From positions 1 through 64,000 of the IMG/VR virus record IMGVR_UViG_3300042673_002211: DNA of 64,000 nt; one strand, written 5' to 3'. The notes under the pieces were generated by a model. It was given only the letters and a program-made list of their open reading frames with translations, was not told the DNA's origin and searched no databases. The stretch comes from a virus. Shown here one piece after another: positions 48,905-58,789 of this stretch. The first letter of the stretch is position 1, and each line of letters begins with the position of its first letter. The translations under genes were made by a program, and so were the position numbers.

Positions 48905-49855
48905 TTGGCTAAAAAGAAAATACCCTCCATAGTTAAGGAAGTACAACGATTCACACCTCCTGAAATTAACTATAGCTTTCAAAAGCAAATCTCATTTAGT
49001 CAGTTCTCTATGTTTGAGAGCTGCCCCCATAAATGGTCACTGCAATATAGAGATGGGCATTATACGTCGGAAGTATCGATTCATATGACATTTGGTACAG
49101 CAATGCACACGGTATTGCAAGACTATTTAACTGCGTTTTATAACGTGAGTAAAACAGCAGCGGATCAAATTAATTTAGAGGAGCAATTTGAAGAAAAACT
49201 TAGAGAAGGATATAAAGCTGATTATGAACGAAATAAAAAGGAACATTTTTCATCGTCTAAGGAAATAAGAGAATTTTATGAAGATGGTTTAAGTATTCTT
49301 TCTTGGTTTAAGAAAAATAAGGGTAAATATTTTAGTAAAAGAGGTTGGTGGCTAGTAGGGATTGAAGTACCTATTATTCTTCAACCAAACCCTCTTTACC
49401 AAAATCTATATTATAAAGGATTTTTAGATGTTGTTTTGTATAATGAAACACTAAATAAAATAAAGATTATAGATATTAAAACTTCAACTCGAGGTTGGAG
49501 AGATAAAGAAAAAAATGACGAGGTAAAAATGATGCAGCTAATTCTCTATAAGAAATTTTTTAGTGAATTATACGGGTTTCCCATTGATGATATTAATATC
49601 GAATATTTTATTGTTAAACGAAAATTACACGGGAACCCTGAATTCCCAGACCCTAGAGTACAAACTTACATACCAGCTTCTGGTAAAATAAAACTTAATA
49701 AAACAACAAAACGTTTTCAAGAGTTTATAGAAATGGCTTTCAATAAAGATGGTACCCATAATATGGGACCTCAATTAAAAAATCCCTCAAAATACAATTG
49801 CACATACTGTTTATTTAAAAATAATAAAGAATTGTGCGATAAAGGATTATCTTAA
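48905..49855 (+). CDS. PD-(D/E)XK nuclease (Cas4/RecB-like)
   Basis: SFSQ...CP, FGTAMH, GFLDVV...IIDIKT, QLILY, CTYC...C. Confidence 0.85.
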   Translation: MAKKKIPSIVKEVQRFTPPEINYSFQKQISFSQFSMFESCPHKWSLQYRDGHYTSEVSIHMTFGTAMHTVLQDYLTAFYNVSKTAADQINLEEQFEEKLREGYKADYERNKKEHFSSSKEIREFYEDGLSILSWFKKNKGKYFSKRGWWLVGIEVPIILQPNPLYQNLYYKGFLDVVLYNETLNKIKIIDIKTSTRGWRDKEKNDEVKMMQLILYKKFFSELYGFPIDDINIEYFIVKRKLHGNPEFPDPRVQTYIPASGKIKLNKTTKRFQEFIEMAFNKDGTHNMGPQLKNPSKYNCTYCLFKNNKELCDKGLS

Positions 49856-49903
49856 ATAATCCCAATATATTTATATATGTTATATTAATTAAAAAACAAT
49901 GTT

Positions 49904-50089
49904 ATGAGTAAAAAGGACATGACACTTACGAGTGTAAAAATCCAAGGTGACTTATTTGATGAATTCAAAATTTCTTGCGTTCGTCACAAATTTTCGTTTC
50001 AAAAACTTGCCGACCGCGCAATTCATTTGTACCTTACAAATGAAACGTTTAGAAAACAAATCCATAGTCACAACGATTTAGATATTTAA
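49904..50089 (+). CDS. small ribbon-helix-helix-like DNA-binding protein
   Basis: LTSVKI strand followed by two helices (DLFDEFKI; FQKLADRAIHLYL); ATATTTATA at 49867. Confidence 0.6.
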   Translation: MSKKDMTLTSVKIQGDLFDEFKISCVRHKFSFQKLADRAIHLYLTNETFRKQIHSHNDLDI

Positions 50090-50094
50090 AATTT

Positions 50095-51528
50095 ATGAAA
50101 GAAGGTTATTTACCAAAAGATCAAAGGAAAAAAATTCTTTTGATGTGCGATGATATTAGAATGCCATCAGGTATTGGAACAGTAGGAAAAGAATTAATAA
50201 TTGGGACATCCCATAGATACAATTGGGTAAATATTGGAGGAGCTATCCAACACCCTGATGCTGGTAAACGTTTAGATTTAAGTGTTGATACTAATATAAA
50301 TGCTGGGATTGAAGATTCAAGTGTATTTCTTTACCCAGTAAATGGTTATGGTGATGCTGCTCTTTTAAGAAATATTATTAGTATTGAAAAACCAGATGCT
50401 ATTTTCTTAATTACAGATCCACGTTATTGGGTTTGGTTATTTTCTATTGAAAATGAAATTCGTAAAGAAATTCCTATTGCTTACTTAAATATTTGGGATG
50501 ACCTCCCAGCCCCATATTATAACCAGGCATTTTACGAATCATGCGATGCTTTGTTTGGAATCTCAAAACAAACAGTTAATATTAATAAACTTGTTTTAGG
50601 TGATAAAGTTAAAAATAAAATTATTAAGTACGTTCCTCATGGTTTAAATCCTAAAGTATATTTTCCAATTGAGAATAAAGAACAAGATAAAGAATTTATT
50701 GAATTTAAAAAGCAATTATTTAAAGGTAAAGAATATGAGTTTGTAGTATTTTTTAACTCTAGAAATATCCGTCGTAAACAAGTACCTGATACTATATTAG
50801 CTTTTAGACAATTTGTTGAGGAATTAACCCCTGAACAAAGGGAAAAAGTAGTACTAATGCTTCATACTGAACCTATTTCGGAACATGGTACTGATCTTTT
50901 AGAAGTAATCCAAACACTTTGCCCTTCTTATTGTAATATTATCTTTACAGAAGGTAGATATGATAACAAACGAATGAATTATTTATATAATTTATCAGAT
51001 GTTCAAATTCTACTTACATCAAATGAGGGGTGGGGTTTATCACTTACAGAAGCACTTTTAGTTGGTAATCCTATTATTGCTAACGTAACAGGTGGAATGC
51101 AAGACCAAATGCGCTTTGAATTTGAAGATGGTACTTGGATTGATTTCGATGCGGATTTCCCTTCAAACCATAGAGGTACCTATAAAAAACATGGTAAATG
51201 GGCCTTTCCAGTTTATCCTACGAATAGTTCAATCCAAGGTTCTCCTCCAACTCCTTATATATTTGATGATAGATGTAGTTGGGAAGATGCATCTGAATGT
51301 ATTAAAGAAGTTTATAACTTATCCTCTAAAGAAAGAAAAGTAAGAGGTAAAGCTGGTAGAAAATGGGCTTTATCTAATGAAGCCGGATTCACTCAGGAAC
51401 ACCAAGCAAATCGTATTATTGAAAGTATGGATAAGTTATTTTCTATTTGGACTCCTAGAGAAAATTTTGAACTTATTAATGCTAATACCTATCAAAAACC
51501 AATTCTAAACCATAAATTAATCTACTAA
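50095..51528 (+). CDS. GT4 family glycosyltransferase
   Basis: SGIGTV, YVPHG, NSRNIRRKQ, NEGWGLSLTEAL. Confidence 0.88.
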   Translation: MKEGYLPKDQRKKILLMCDDIRMPSGIGTVGKELIIGTSHRYNWVNIGGAIQHPDAGKRLDLSVDTNINAGIEDSSVFLYPVNGYGDAALLRNIISIEKPDAIFLITDPRYWVWLFSIENEIRKEIPIAYLNIWDDLPAPYYNQAFYESCDALFGISKQTVNINKLVLGDKVKNKIIKYVPHGLNPKVYFPIENKEQDKEFIEFKKQLFKGKEYEFVVFFNSRNIRRKQVPDTILAFRQFVEELTPEQREKVVLMLHTEPISEHGTDLLEVIQTLCPSYCNIIFTEGRYDNKRMNYLYNLSDVQILLTSNEGWGLSLTEALLVGNPIIANVTGGMQDQMRFEFEDGTWIDFDADFPSNHRGTYKKHGKWAFPVYPTNSSIQGSPPTPYIFDDRCSWEDASECIKEVYNLSSKERKVRGKAGRKWALSNEAGFTQEHQANRIIESMDKLFSIWTPRENFELINANTYQKPILNHKLIY

Positions 51529-51529
51529 T

Positions 51530-52837
51530 ATGAGTAAAAATACGTTTTATATAAGTTGCCCGTTTGACACATATAGTGGTTATGGGGCCCGCTCTAGAGA
51601 TTTAATTAAAGCTATTATAGAATTAGATAAATACGATGTTAAATTAATCTCACAACGTTGGGGAAACACACCCTGGGGATTTATCAAAAATAATCCTGAA
51701 TGGTCATTTTTAAATAATCATCTACATAACCACCCTCAATTAACTGAACAACCCGATATTTGGATGCAAATTACAGTTCCAAACGAATTTCAACCCGTTG
51801 GTAAATTCAATATTGGTTGTACCGCAGGTATGGAAACTACTTTGGTAGATGGGAGTTGGGTAGAAGGAATTAATAGAATGAACATTAATTTAGTCTCCTC
51901 AGAACATTCAAAACAATCTTTTCTTAACTCAACTTATGAAAAAAAACACACTAATGGGCAATCATTGGGTCAGATTAAAGTAGAAAAACCAATTGAAGTA
52001 TTATTTGAAGGAGCTAACATTGATATTTACAAGGTATTAGATATTTTACCTAAAAATGAATTACATAATTCAATTACTTCTCTTCCTGAATCATTTGCTT
52101 ATTTGTTTGTAGGACATTGGATGCAGGGTGATTTAGGTCAAGATAGAAAAAATGTAGGTTTGTTAATTAAAGCTTTCTATGAAACCTTTAAAAATAAAAC
52201 CAAAAAACCAGCACTCATTTTAAAAACAAGTGGTTCTGGTGCTTCCTATATGGATCGAAATGAACTTTTAAAAAAGATAAATCAAATTAAAAAAACTGTA
52301 GTTTCAACTAATTTACCTAACATTTATCTTTTACATGGTGAGTTTACTGATATTGAAATGAATCAGTTATATAATCATCCTAAAATAAAAGCTATGGTTA
52401 GCTTAACTAAAGGTGAAGGATTTGGCAGACCACTTCTTGAATTTAGCTTAACTAAAAAACCAATTATAACTTCGGGATGGTCAGGACATATTGATTTCCT
52501 AAACTCAGAATTCACTTCTTTACTCCCTGGTAGATTGGAAAATGTTCATGATTCCGCGGCTGTACCTAATATGATTCTAAAAGAAAGCCAATGGTTTTCA
52601 GTAGATCATGGGGCAATAGGACATTACCTAAAAGATGTATTTGAAAACTATAAAAAGTATACTAATGGGGCTAAACGTCAGGCATTTAAAAATAAAAAGG
52701 AGTTTAGTTGGGAAGCTATGAAAAATAAAGTAAATGAATTATTTACTCAACATATTCCTGATTTACCTAAAAAGGTAGAACTTAAATTACCTAACTTAAA
52801 AAAAATTGAATTACCTAAAAAACTAAAAGTAGAATAA
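51530..52837 (+). CDS. GT4 family glycosyltransferase
   Basis: SGYGARSR, DRKNV, GEGFGRPLLEF. Confidence 0.88.
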   Translation: MSKNTFYISCPFDTYSGYGARSRDLIKAIIELDKYDVKLISQRWGNTPWGFIKNNPEWSFLNNHLHNHPQLTEQPDIWMQITVPNEFQPVGKFNIGCTAGMETTLVDGSWVEGINRMNINLVSSEHSKQSFLNSTYEKKHTNGQSLGQIKVEKPIEVLFEGANIDIYKVLDILPKNELHNSITSLPESFAYLFVGHWMQGDLGQDRKNVGLLIKAFYETFKNKTKKPALILKTSGSGASYMDRNELLKKINQIKKTVVSTNLPNIYLLHGEFTDIEMNQLYNHPKIKAMVSLTKGEGFGRPLLEFSLTKKPIITSGWSGHIDFLNSEFTSLLPGRLENVHDSAAVPNMILKESQWFSVDHGAIGHYLKDVFENYKKYTNGAKRQAFKNKKEFSWEAMKNKVNELFTQHIPDLPKKVELKLPNLKKIELPKKLKVE

Positions 52838-53397
52838 TGGCTCACCCATCACAACAAATATTTTTCCAATCAGTTAAAGAAAAATATCCTTCATTTTTTT
52901 CAGATGTAAAAGTATTAGATATTGGATCTTTAGATATTAATGGTAGTATTAAACATTTATTTAGTGCCCCTTATTATTATATAGGTGTAGATTTATTTGA
53001 AGGGAACAATGTTGATGTAGTATGTCCTGGTCATTTATATGACAGTGGATTCCAGTTTGATGTTGTTACATCAGCTGAATGTTTTGAACATGATTTTTAT
53101 TATGCTAGAACTATTAATAATATGATTAGGTTACTAAAATCAGGTGGGTTAATGATATTGACTTGTGCTTCTACTAATAGAGCAGAACACGGTACTTTAA
53201 GAACAACACCATCTGATGCTCCTTTTTTACAACATATGAATGAAAAATGGGCTAATTATTATAAAAATTTAACCGAAGATGATATAAGAGCAGTTATTGA
53301 TATTGATAAACATTTTGAAACTAATGAATACATGTTTATAGAACAGCCTTGTGGATTTGGAGGAAATGATTTATACTTTTACGGAATTAAAAAATAA
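52837..53397 (+). CDS. class I SAM-dependent methyltransferase
   Basis: VLDIGSLDING, GVDL, ECFEHD. Confidence 0.85.
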   Translation: MAHPSQQIFFQSVKEKYPSFFSDVKVLDIGSLDINGSIKHLFSAPYYYIGVDLFEGNNVDVVCPGHLYDSGFQFDVVTSAECFEHDFYYARTINNMIRLLKSGGLMILTCASTNRAEHGTLRTTPSDAPFLQHMNEKWANYYKNLTEDDIRAVIDIDKHFETNEYMFIEQPCGFGGNDLYFYGIKK

Positions 53398-53409
53398 AAA
53401 AATAAAATA

Positions 53410-53856
53410 ATGGATAATTTAATAACATGTGAACGTTGCGGGTCAGATGCCTGCTATTGCCAAGAAGTAAATTCTGAAATTAAACTCTATCATTGCTATG
53501 GTTGTGGATTTATGGCTAACACCGCTATGGTTAGTGGTTCAGAATTTTTAGAACAACAAATGACTGTACTCCCTGAACTCTATAAAGAATTAATGGGTGA
53601 AGACGATAACGGAACTATTTGGATGCCATCAGTAGTAAACCTTCCAGATAAAGGAATGGTATTTGCTGATGGTCCTAATGGACAAAATTGGAATTGGGGT
53701 GCTGTAAAAGCTACTCTTATGTCAGATAAAGAAAAAGCTAAATTTAAAGCTAAAGGAAAAGAGTACGATTATAAAATGGATATGACTACGCTAAAACATT
53801 TTCCTGAACGTGAGTATATGGAAGCCCTTTCGTACATTGGCGTATTGCCTGAATGA
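53410..53856 (+). CDS. zinc-ribbon hypothetical protein
   Basis: CERCG...CYGCG. Confidence 0.7.
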   Translation: MDNLITCERCGSDACYCQEVNSEIKLYHCYGCGFMANTAMVSGSEFLEQQMTVLPELYKELMGEDDNGTIWMPSVVNLPDKGMVFADGPNGQNWNWGAVKATLMSDKEKAKFKAKGKEYDYKMDMTTLKHFPEREYMEALSYIGVLPE

Positions 53857-53857
53857 T

Positions 53858-54484
53858 ATGAAAATAAGTTACGCATTAACGGTCTGTAATGAGCTAGTAG
53901 AGATACAGCGACTGCTTCCTTTCTTGATTGAAAATAAGAGGAAAGAAGATGAGATTGTTATTTTCTATGATTCCAATAATGGAACTAAAGCAGTAGATGA
54001 ATATCTAAGAAGTATATCATCCGATACCTTTGCCCAATTCCGTTTTATACATTACCACTTTGATGGGCATTTTGCTAATATGAAGAATGCTTTAACTGAA
54101 GCATGCTTAGGTGATTACATATTCCAGATTGATGCTGATGAGGTACCTAACACACACCTACTTCAATCCCTACCCACCCTTCTAGAGGCTAACCAAATAG
54201 AGGTACTTAGAGTACCTAGAGTAAACACAGTTCATGGTTTAACACCAGAACATACCCAAAAGTGGGGATGGACTGTTGATAATCACGGAAGGGTTAACTG
54301 GCCTGATTTACAATGGAGGATCTATGCTAATAACGGAAAGATCAAGTGGAAAAATAAAGTACATGAAGTGTTAGAAGGATACCAAACTTATGCTATATTA
54401 CCTTTAGAAATAGAGTTTAGTTTAAGCCATCATAAAGATATTAAGAGACAAGAAAAACAAAATTTATATTATAATACACTATGA
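53858..54484 (+). CDS. GT2 family glycosyltransferase
   Basis: ISYALTVCNE, IFQIDADE, KVHE. Confidence 0.85.
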   Translation: MKISYALTVCNELVEIQRLLPFLIENKRKEDEIVIFYDSNNGTKAVDEYLRSISSDTFAQFRFIHYHFDGHFANMKNALTEACLGDYIFQIDADEVPNTHLLQSLPTLLEANQIEVLRVPRVNTVHGLTPEHTQKWGWTVDNHGRVNWPDLQWRIYANNGKIKWKNKVHEVLEGYQTYAILPLEIEFSLSHHKDIKRQEKQNLYYNTL

Positions 54485-54894
54485 GCGACCGAAAATATCT
54501 ACCAACATTAAGTGAATTAATCGATAGATTAAGTATTACACAACTAAAAGAAGTATTTATTATAGAACACAAAGCAGAATATGCAGCTGAAATAGCTGAC
54601 ATTGTGCATGATATTCAGTTACATCTTAACGAAAGTAAAGAACCAATTACAGCTGATACAATCAGAGCAATTGTAGTATTATCTCAAATGAACTTACACA
54701 TTTGGCATAACGAATCAAATGTAAGAAGTGGTAAATCTGGGGCAAATGCTTTAGTATTAACTCATGGTTTAAACGGTATTCGCAATACTGCTAAAAACCA
54801 AATTCAAGAGGTAATGGGTGGACGTAAAGACTATAAAATTGATTGTTTAGCAGCAGATTTTAAAGATTGGGAAATTTCTTGGAAAAACAAATAA
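54481..54894 (+). CDS. hypothetical helical protein (DUF4254-like)
   Basis: TLSELIDRLSI...NLHIWHNE...NGIRN. Confidence 0.6.
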   Translation: MSDRKYLPTLSELIDRLSITQLKEVFIIEHKAEYAAEIADIVHDIQLHLNESKEPITADTIRAIVVLSQMNLHIWHNESNVRSGKSGANALVLTHGLNGIRNTAKNQIQEVMGGRKDYKIDCLAADFKDWEISWKNK

Positions 54895-54897
54895 ACA

Positions 54898-55779
54898 ATG
54901 AAAGTATTTTGCGACTTTAAAACACCAGGATATTTTGATTATTATATTGAAAGATATAAAAATTATCCTATTGATTTATATGTTGATTATACTAATATCA
55001 CAAATTTAGATAAAGATAGAATAAATATATTTTTATTGCATGAACCAAATGAATTCTTTGGTATTCATACTTGGGTATGTCATAATTATCATCACTTCCA
55101 CGCTATTATATCTTGGAATAAAGATGTATTAAATTATTGTTCTAACGCAATTGAATTTCAGTGTAGTTGGAGAGAAAATGATAATCGTGCTTTTGAATTT
55201 TTAGGTAAAAAAAAGTTTGAAGTATCCTATTTATGTGGAACTAAAAACTTAACTGAAGGACATCAGCTTAGACAAAAAATATACACTCAATTAAAAAATA
55301 AAATTAAAATTCCTAATAAGTGGTATTATGTATTAGATGATTTTGATCATAAAACAGGTACACGCCCGGGATATGCTGAATATTCTAAAGACTTATCCCA
55401 TGTTCCTATTGAATACAAAAATGACCCTCTATTTTATGGTAAAAAATTCCTATATAAAAATACGATGTTTAGTATTGGGGTTGAAAACCTAAAACAAGAA
55501 AACTGGTTAAATGATAGAGGATGGTCGTGTTTTGCTTCTAAAGTTATTCCAATATACTGGGGATGCCCTAATTTAGAAGAATTTGGATATGATGAGAGAG
55601 GTATTATTAGGTTTAATAATGTAGAAGAATTATCATATATACTAGATAATTTAACCGAAAAAGACTACTATGATAGGTTACCTTATATTGAATATAACTA
55701 CCAGGTAAATAAACAAGATACTATCCAAAATAAATTAAATTACATCCTAGATGAAATAATTAAACTAAATAACATATGA
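54898..55779 (+). CDS. GT10 (alpha-1,3-fucosyltransferase-like) glycosyltransferase
   Basis: FSIGVEN...VIPIYWGCPN. Confidence 0.75.
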   Translation: MKVFCDFKTPGYFDYYIERYKNYPIDLYVDYTNITNLDKDRINIFLLHEPNEFFGIHTWVCHNYHHFHAIISWNKDVLNYCSNAIEFQCSWRENDNRAFEFLGKKKFEVSYLCGTKNLTEGHQLRQKIYTQLKNKIKIPNKWYYVLDDFDHKTGTRPGYAEYSKDLSHVPIEYKNDPLFYGKKFLYKNTMFSIGVENLKQENWLNDRGWSCFASKVIPIYWGCPNLEEFGYDERGIIRFNNVEELSYILDNLTEKDYYDRLPYIEYNYQVNKQDTIQNKLNYILDEIIKLNNI

Positions 55780-55852
55780 TAGTTAAAAACAATATTTTAA
55801 TTAGAGATAGGCATATTAATATAGAAATCTTAAACCCTATAACCCATTGGTA

Positions 55853-56335
55853 ATGATATTTCCTGAAGTAAAAATATATGCACCAGATGTTTACACTGAT
55901 TTTAGGGGTGACTTATGGACGTTATGGCATAAAGATAAATTTGAACCTAAATTAGATTTTAACCACGATAAAGTATCTACATCAAGACACAATGTATTAA
56001 GAGGAATCCACGGCGATAATAAATCGTGGAAATTAATTACTTGTTTATATGGTGAAATGTATTTTGTAGTCGTTGATAATAGACCTGAATCACCAAACTA
56101 TTTAAAATGGGATTGGATAATATTAGATGATAGAACTAAAAAATCAGTATTAGTACCTCCTATGTTTGGAAATGGATTTCTAGTGTTAAGTAACCATTCA
56201 GTATTCCATTATAAATGGGCTTATGATGGTGAATATGCTGATGTAGGTCAACAATTTACATTAAAATGGAACGATTCACGAATAGGAATAGATTGGCCTA
56301 TTAATAATCCAATTTTACAAAAACGTGATAAATAG
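55853..56335 (+). CDS. RmlC/RfbC-like NDP-sugar 3,5-epimerase
   Basis: DFRG, NVLRGIH, VVDNRPESP, GNGFLVL, WNDSRIGIDWP. Confidence 0.9.
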   Translation: MIFPEVKIYAPDVYTDFRGDLWTLWHKDKFEPKLDFNHDKVSTSRHNVLRGIHGDNKSWKLITCLYGEMYFVVVDNRPESPNYLKWDWIILDDRTKKSVLVPPMFGNGFLVLSNHSVFHYKWAYDGEYADVGQQFTLKWNDSRIGIDWPINNPILQKRDK

Positions 56336-56380
56336 TTGGAAATACAAAATAAATTAATTATATTTAACAAAAATAACAAT

Positions 56381-56932
56381 ATGAAAAAAGCACTTATTAT
56401 TACTTGGGAAAAATTCCAAGATCATGAATTGATTTACCCTTATTATAGTTTAAAAGAAGCTGGTTACGAAGTAACATTAATGGCTAATAAAGTAGGTAAA
56501 ATCTGGGGTTCATTAGGTACACACATGCCTTGTGATGTTGAAACATCTATCTTCTTAGACGAAACAACAAGACAACAATACTTAAATGAATATGAAATCC
56601 TACTACTACCAGGGGGAGTTAAAGCACTTGAAAAAGTAAGACAAGAACAAGGTGTACTACAGTTTATTAGAGAATGGAATACATCTAACAAAACAATATT
56701 CTCAGTATGTAATGGGGCCCAATTATTAATATCAGCTAAAATATTACAAGGTAGAACATTATCTGGGTATTATAGTATTGATACTGATATCGAAAATGCG
56801 GGTGCAACCTACAGTAGAGGTCCGGTAGTAGTAGACGGTAATATTATCTCATGTCCACACTATGACTTTATGGGTGATTGGATGAGAACAGCTTATCAAG
56901 TACACAACGAAAGAAAAGCAACAAATGAGTAA
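56381..56932 (+). CDS. DJ-1/PfpI family protein
   Basis: FQDHELIYPYY, LLPGG, SVCNGAQLL, VVVDGNIIS; promoter-like site at 56336-56366. Confidence 0.88.
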   Translation: MKKALIITWEKFQDHELIYPYYSLKEAGYEVTLMANKVGKIWGSLGTHMPCDVETSIFLDETTRQQYLNEYEILLLPGGVKALEKVRQEQGVLQFIREWNTSNKTIFSVCNGAQLLISAKILQGRTLSGYYSIDTDIENAGATYSRGPVVVDGNIISCPHYDFMGDWMRTAYQVHNERKATNE

Positions 56933-57590
56933 TTACAATACAAATATAGTTAAGAAGCCTTGGGGTTATGAATATCTCGCTTACGAAAACGAATATGTCG
57001 CTATCTGGTTTTTATATATTAAACATAACCATTCTACCTCTTTTCATTGTCATCCTAATAAAACAACAGGATTAATATTATTGGATGGACAAGCTGAAAC
57101 GTCATTCTTAAACAATACAAATAAGCTCAATCCAACTAATAAGATAATGATTCGTAAAGGATTATTTCACTCAACAAAGGCAACTGATGAAAGAGGTGCT
57201 TGGATATTTGAAATTGAAACACCAGTTGATAAGCAAGATTTAGTTAGATTTAAAGACAGCTACGGCAGAGAAGGTAAACCATACGAAGACGAAACGTTTG
57301 AAATACCTAAAGCCGAAGATTGCTTATGGATTAAAAACACACCAGAGATATATAACTTTGCTAACTGTATACTTGACGTTAAAAATATTACTGACGTAAA
57401 TGAATTTACAGATATAGATGATTTATTAAACGTGATGTTTCTAAAAGGTGGGTTAGTAACTGACTACGATCAAAAAGTAGCAGGACCTGGAGATATTGTA
57501 TTATCTTCAACGATTAAAGAATTAACTGAGGTATTTAAGAAAGTAGATCCTAGTACATTAATAATGATAATAAAACAACAAAATGGCTAA
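56925..57590 (+). CDS. cupin protein (mannose-6-phosphate isomerase type II-like)
   Basis: KKPWGYE, TSFHCHPNK, FH, EIETP...DLVRFKDSYGR. Confidence 0.75.
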   Translation: MSNYNTNIVKKPWGYEYLAYENEYVAIWFLYIKHNHSTSFHCHPNKTTGLILLDGQAETSFLNNTNKLNPTNKIMIRKGLFHSTKATDERGAWIFEIETPVDKQDLVRFKDSYGREGKPYEDETFEIPKAEDCLWIKNTPEIYNFANCILDVKNITDVNEFTDIDDLLNVMFLKGGLVTDYDQKVAGPGDIVLSSTIKELTEVFKKVDPSTLIMIIKQQNG

Positions 57591-57969
57591 TTTTTATCCT
57601 CCTGGATATAAAAACGACAGAATAGTAGTTGCCGTTGATTTTGACGGTGTATTACACAATGCTGATCAAGGTTGGGGTGATGGTACATGCTATGGAAATC
57701 CAATTCCTGGATCTATAGACGCTATTAAAAAACTATCTGAAACCTATGATGTAATCATATTCACAGCTAAAGCAAAACCAGATCGCCCTTTAGTAGACGG
57801 TAAAACCGGTACTATGTTAGTAACGGAATGGTTTCAAAAATATGGTATTATAAATTGTATTAAAGGTATTACTAGCGAAAAACCAAGAGCAGAATTATAT
57901 ATTGATGATAATGGATATCGTTTTCAAAATTGGGATGATACTTTAAAATTTGTAGAAAATGAGTTATAG
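57583..57969 (+). CDS. HAD-superfamily phosphatase
   Basis: VDFDGVLH, IFTA, EKP...YIDD. Confidence 0.85.
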   Translation: MANFYPPGYKNDRIVVAVDFDGVLHNADQGWGDGTCYGNPIPGSIDAIKKLSETYDVIIFTAKAKPDRPLVDGKTGTMLVTEWFQKYGIINCIKGITSEKPRAELYIDDNGYRFQNWDDTLKFVENEL

Positions 57970-58789
57970 ATTAGACGTTTTTAAAAAAGCATCATTTTGT
58001 AGACATTTTGAAAACCAAGTTTATCAAAATGCACAAAAGAAACACATTAAGTTTCCTATGTACCTATCAGCAGGACAAGAATATATTCCTGCAAGTATAG
58101 CTACTATATTAGAGAAAAAAGGTATTGAACCTAATATCTTCATTCAACACAGAGGACATTCAACATACCTTTCATTCAATGCTTCACCCATTGAATTGAT
58201 TGATGAATTACTAGGTAGAAAAACAGGATGTGCTGGTGGGATGGGAGGGTCAGCTTCAATTCATTCACACGAAAAGAATATATTTGGCCATGATGGATTA
58301 ATGGGTAGTCAAGTCCCTATTGCTGTTGGGCATGCTTATGAAACTCGTAAACCTACAGTTGTAGTAATGGGAGATGCTTCCGCGGAAGAAGATTATGTTA
58401 TGGGTGCTTTAGGTTGGGCTTCAACTAAAAACTTACCTATCCTATTCATAGTAGAAGATAATAACTTATCTATATTAACTGAAAAGAAAGTAAGACGTAA
58501 CTGGGAAATGGATGATATTGCTAAAGCATTTAAAATAAAAGCATTTAACATATCAGATGATCCATTAGTGATTAATATGCATCTTAAAGATTATAACTTT
58601 GAAGGCCCAATGCTATTAAACATTAATACAAACAGAAAATATTGGCATTCAGGTGCGGGTCAAGATGAAGATAATTTTGATCGTTACGAAAATGAACTCA
58701 AAGCATTAGGAGAAGAAGCAAACCAAATTGATTTAGAAAATAAACAATTAGTAGAAAAATTATGGCAACAACAGTTAGAGATACAATAA
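57959..58789 (+). CDS. TPP-dependent dehydrogenase/transketolase E1 alpha-like subunit
   Basis: GQE, HRGH, GMGGSA, GDASAEE...EDNN TPP-binding motif. Confidence 0.88.
   Translation: MSYRLDVFKKASFCRHFENQVYQNAQKKHIKFPMYLSAGQEYIPASIATILEKKGIEPNIFIQHRGHSTYLSFNASPIELIDELLGRKTGCAGGMGGSASIHSHEKNIFGHDGLMGSQVPIAVGHAYETRKPTVVVMGDASAEEDYVMGALGWASTKNLPILFIVEDNNLSILTEKKVRRNWEMDDIAKAFKIKAFNISDDPLVINMHLKDYNFEGPMLLNINTNRKYWHSGAGQDEDNFDRYENELKALGEEANQIDLENKQLVEKLWQQQLEIQ

Noticed and set aside
48905-49855. Cas4-like nuclease as evidence of CRISPR-Cas
   Set aside because: No repeat-spacer array or other cas genes in the window; solo PD-(D/E)XK nucleases are common in phage replication modules.
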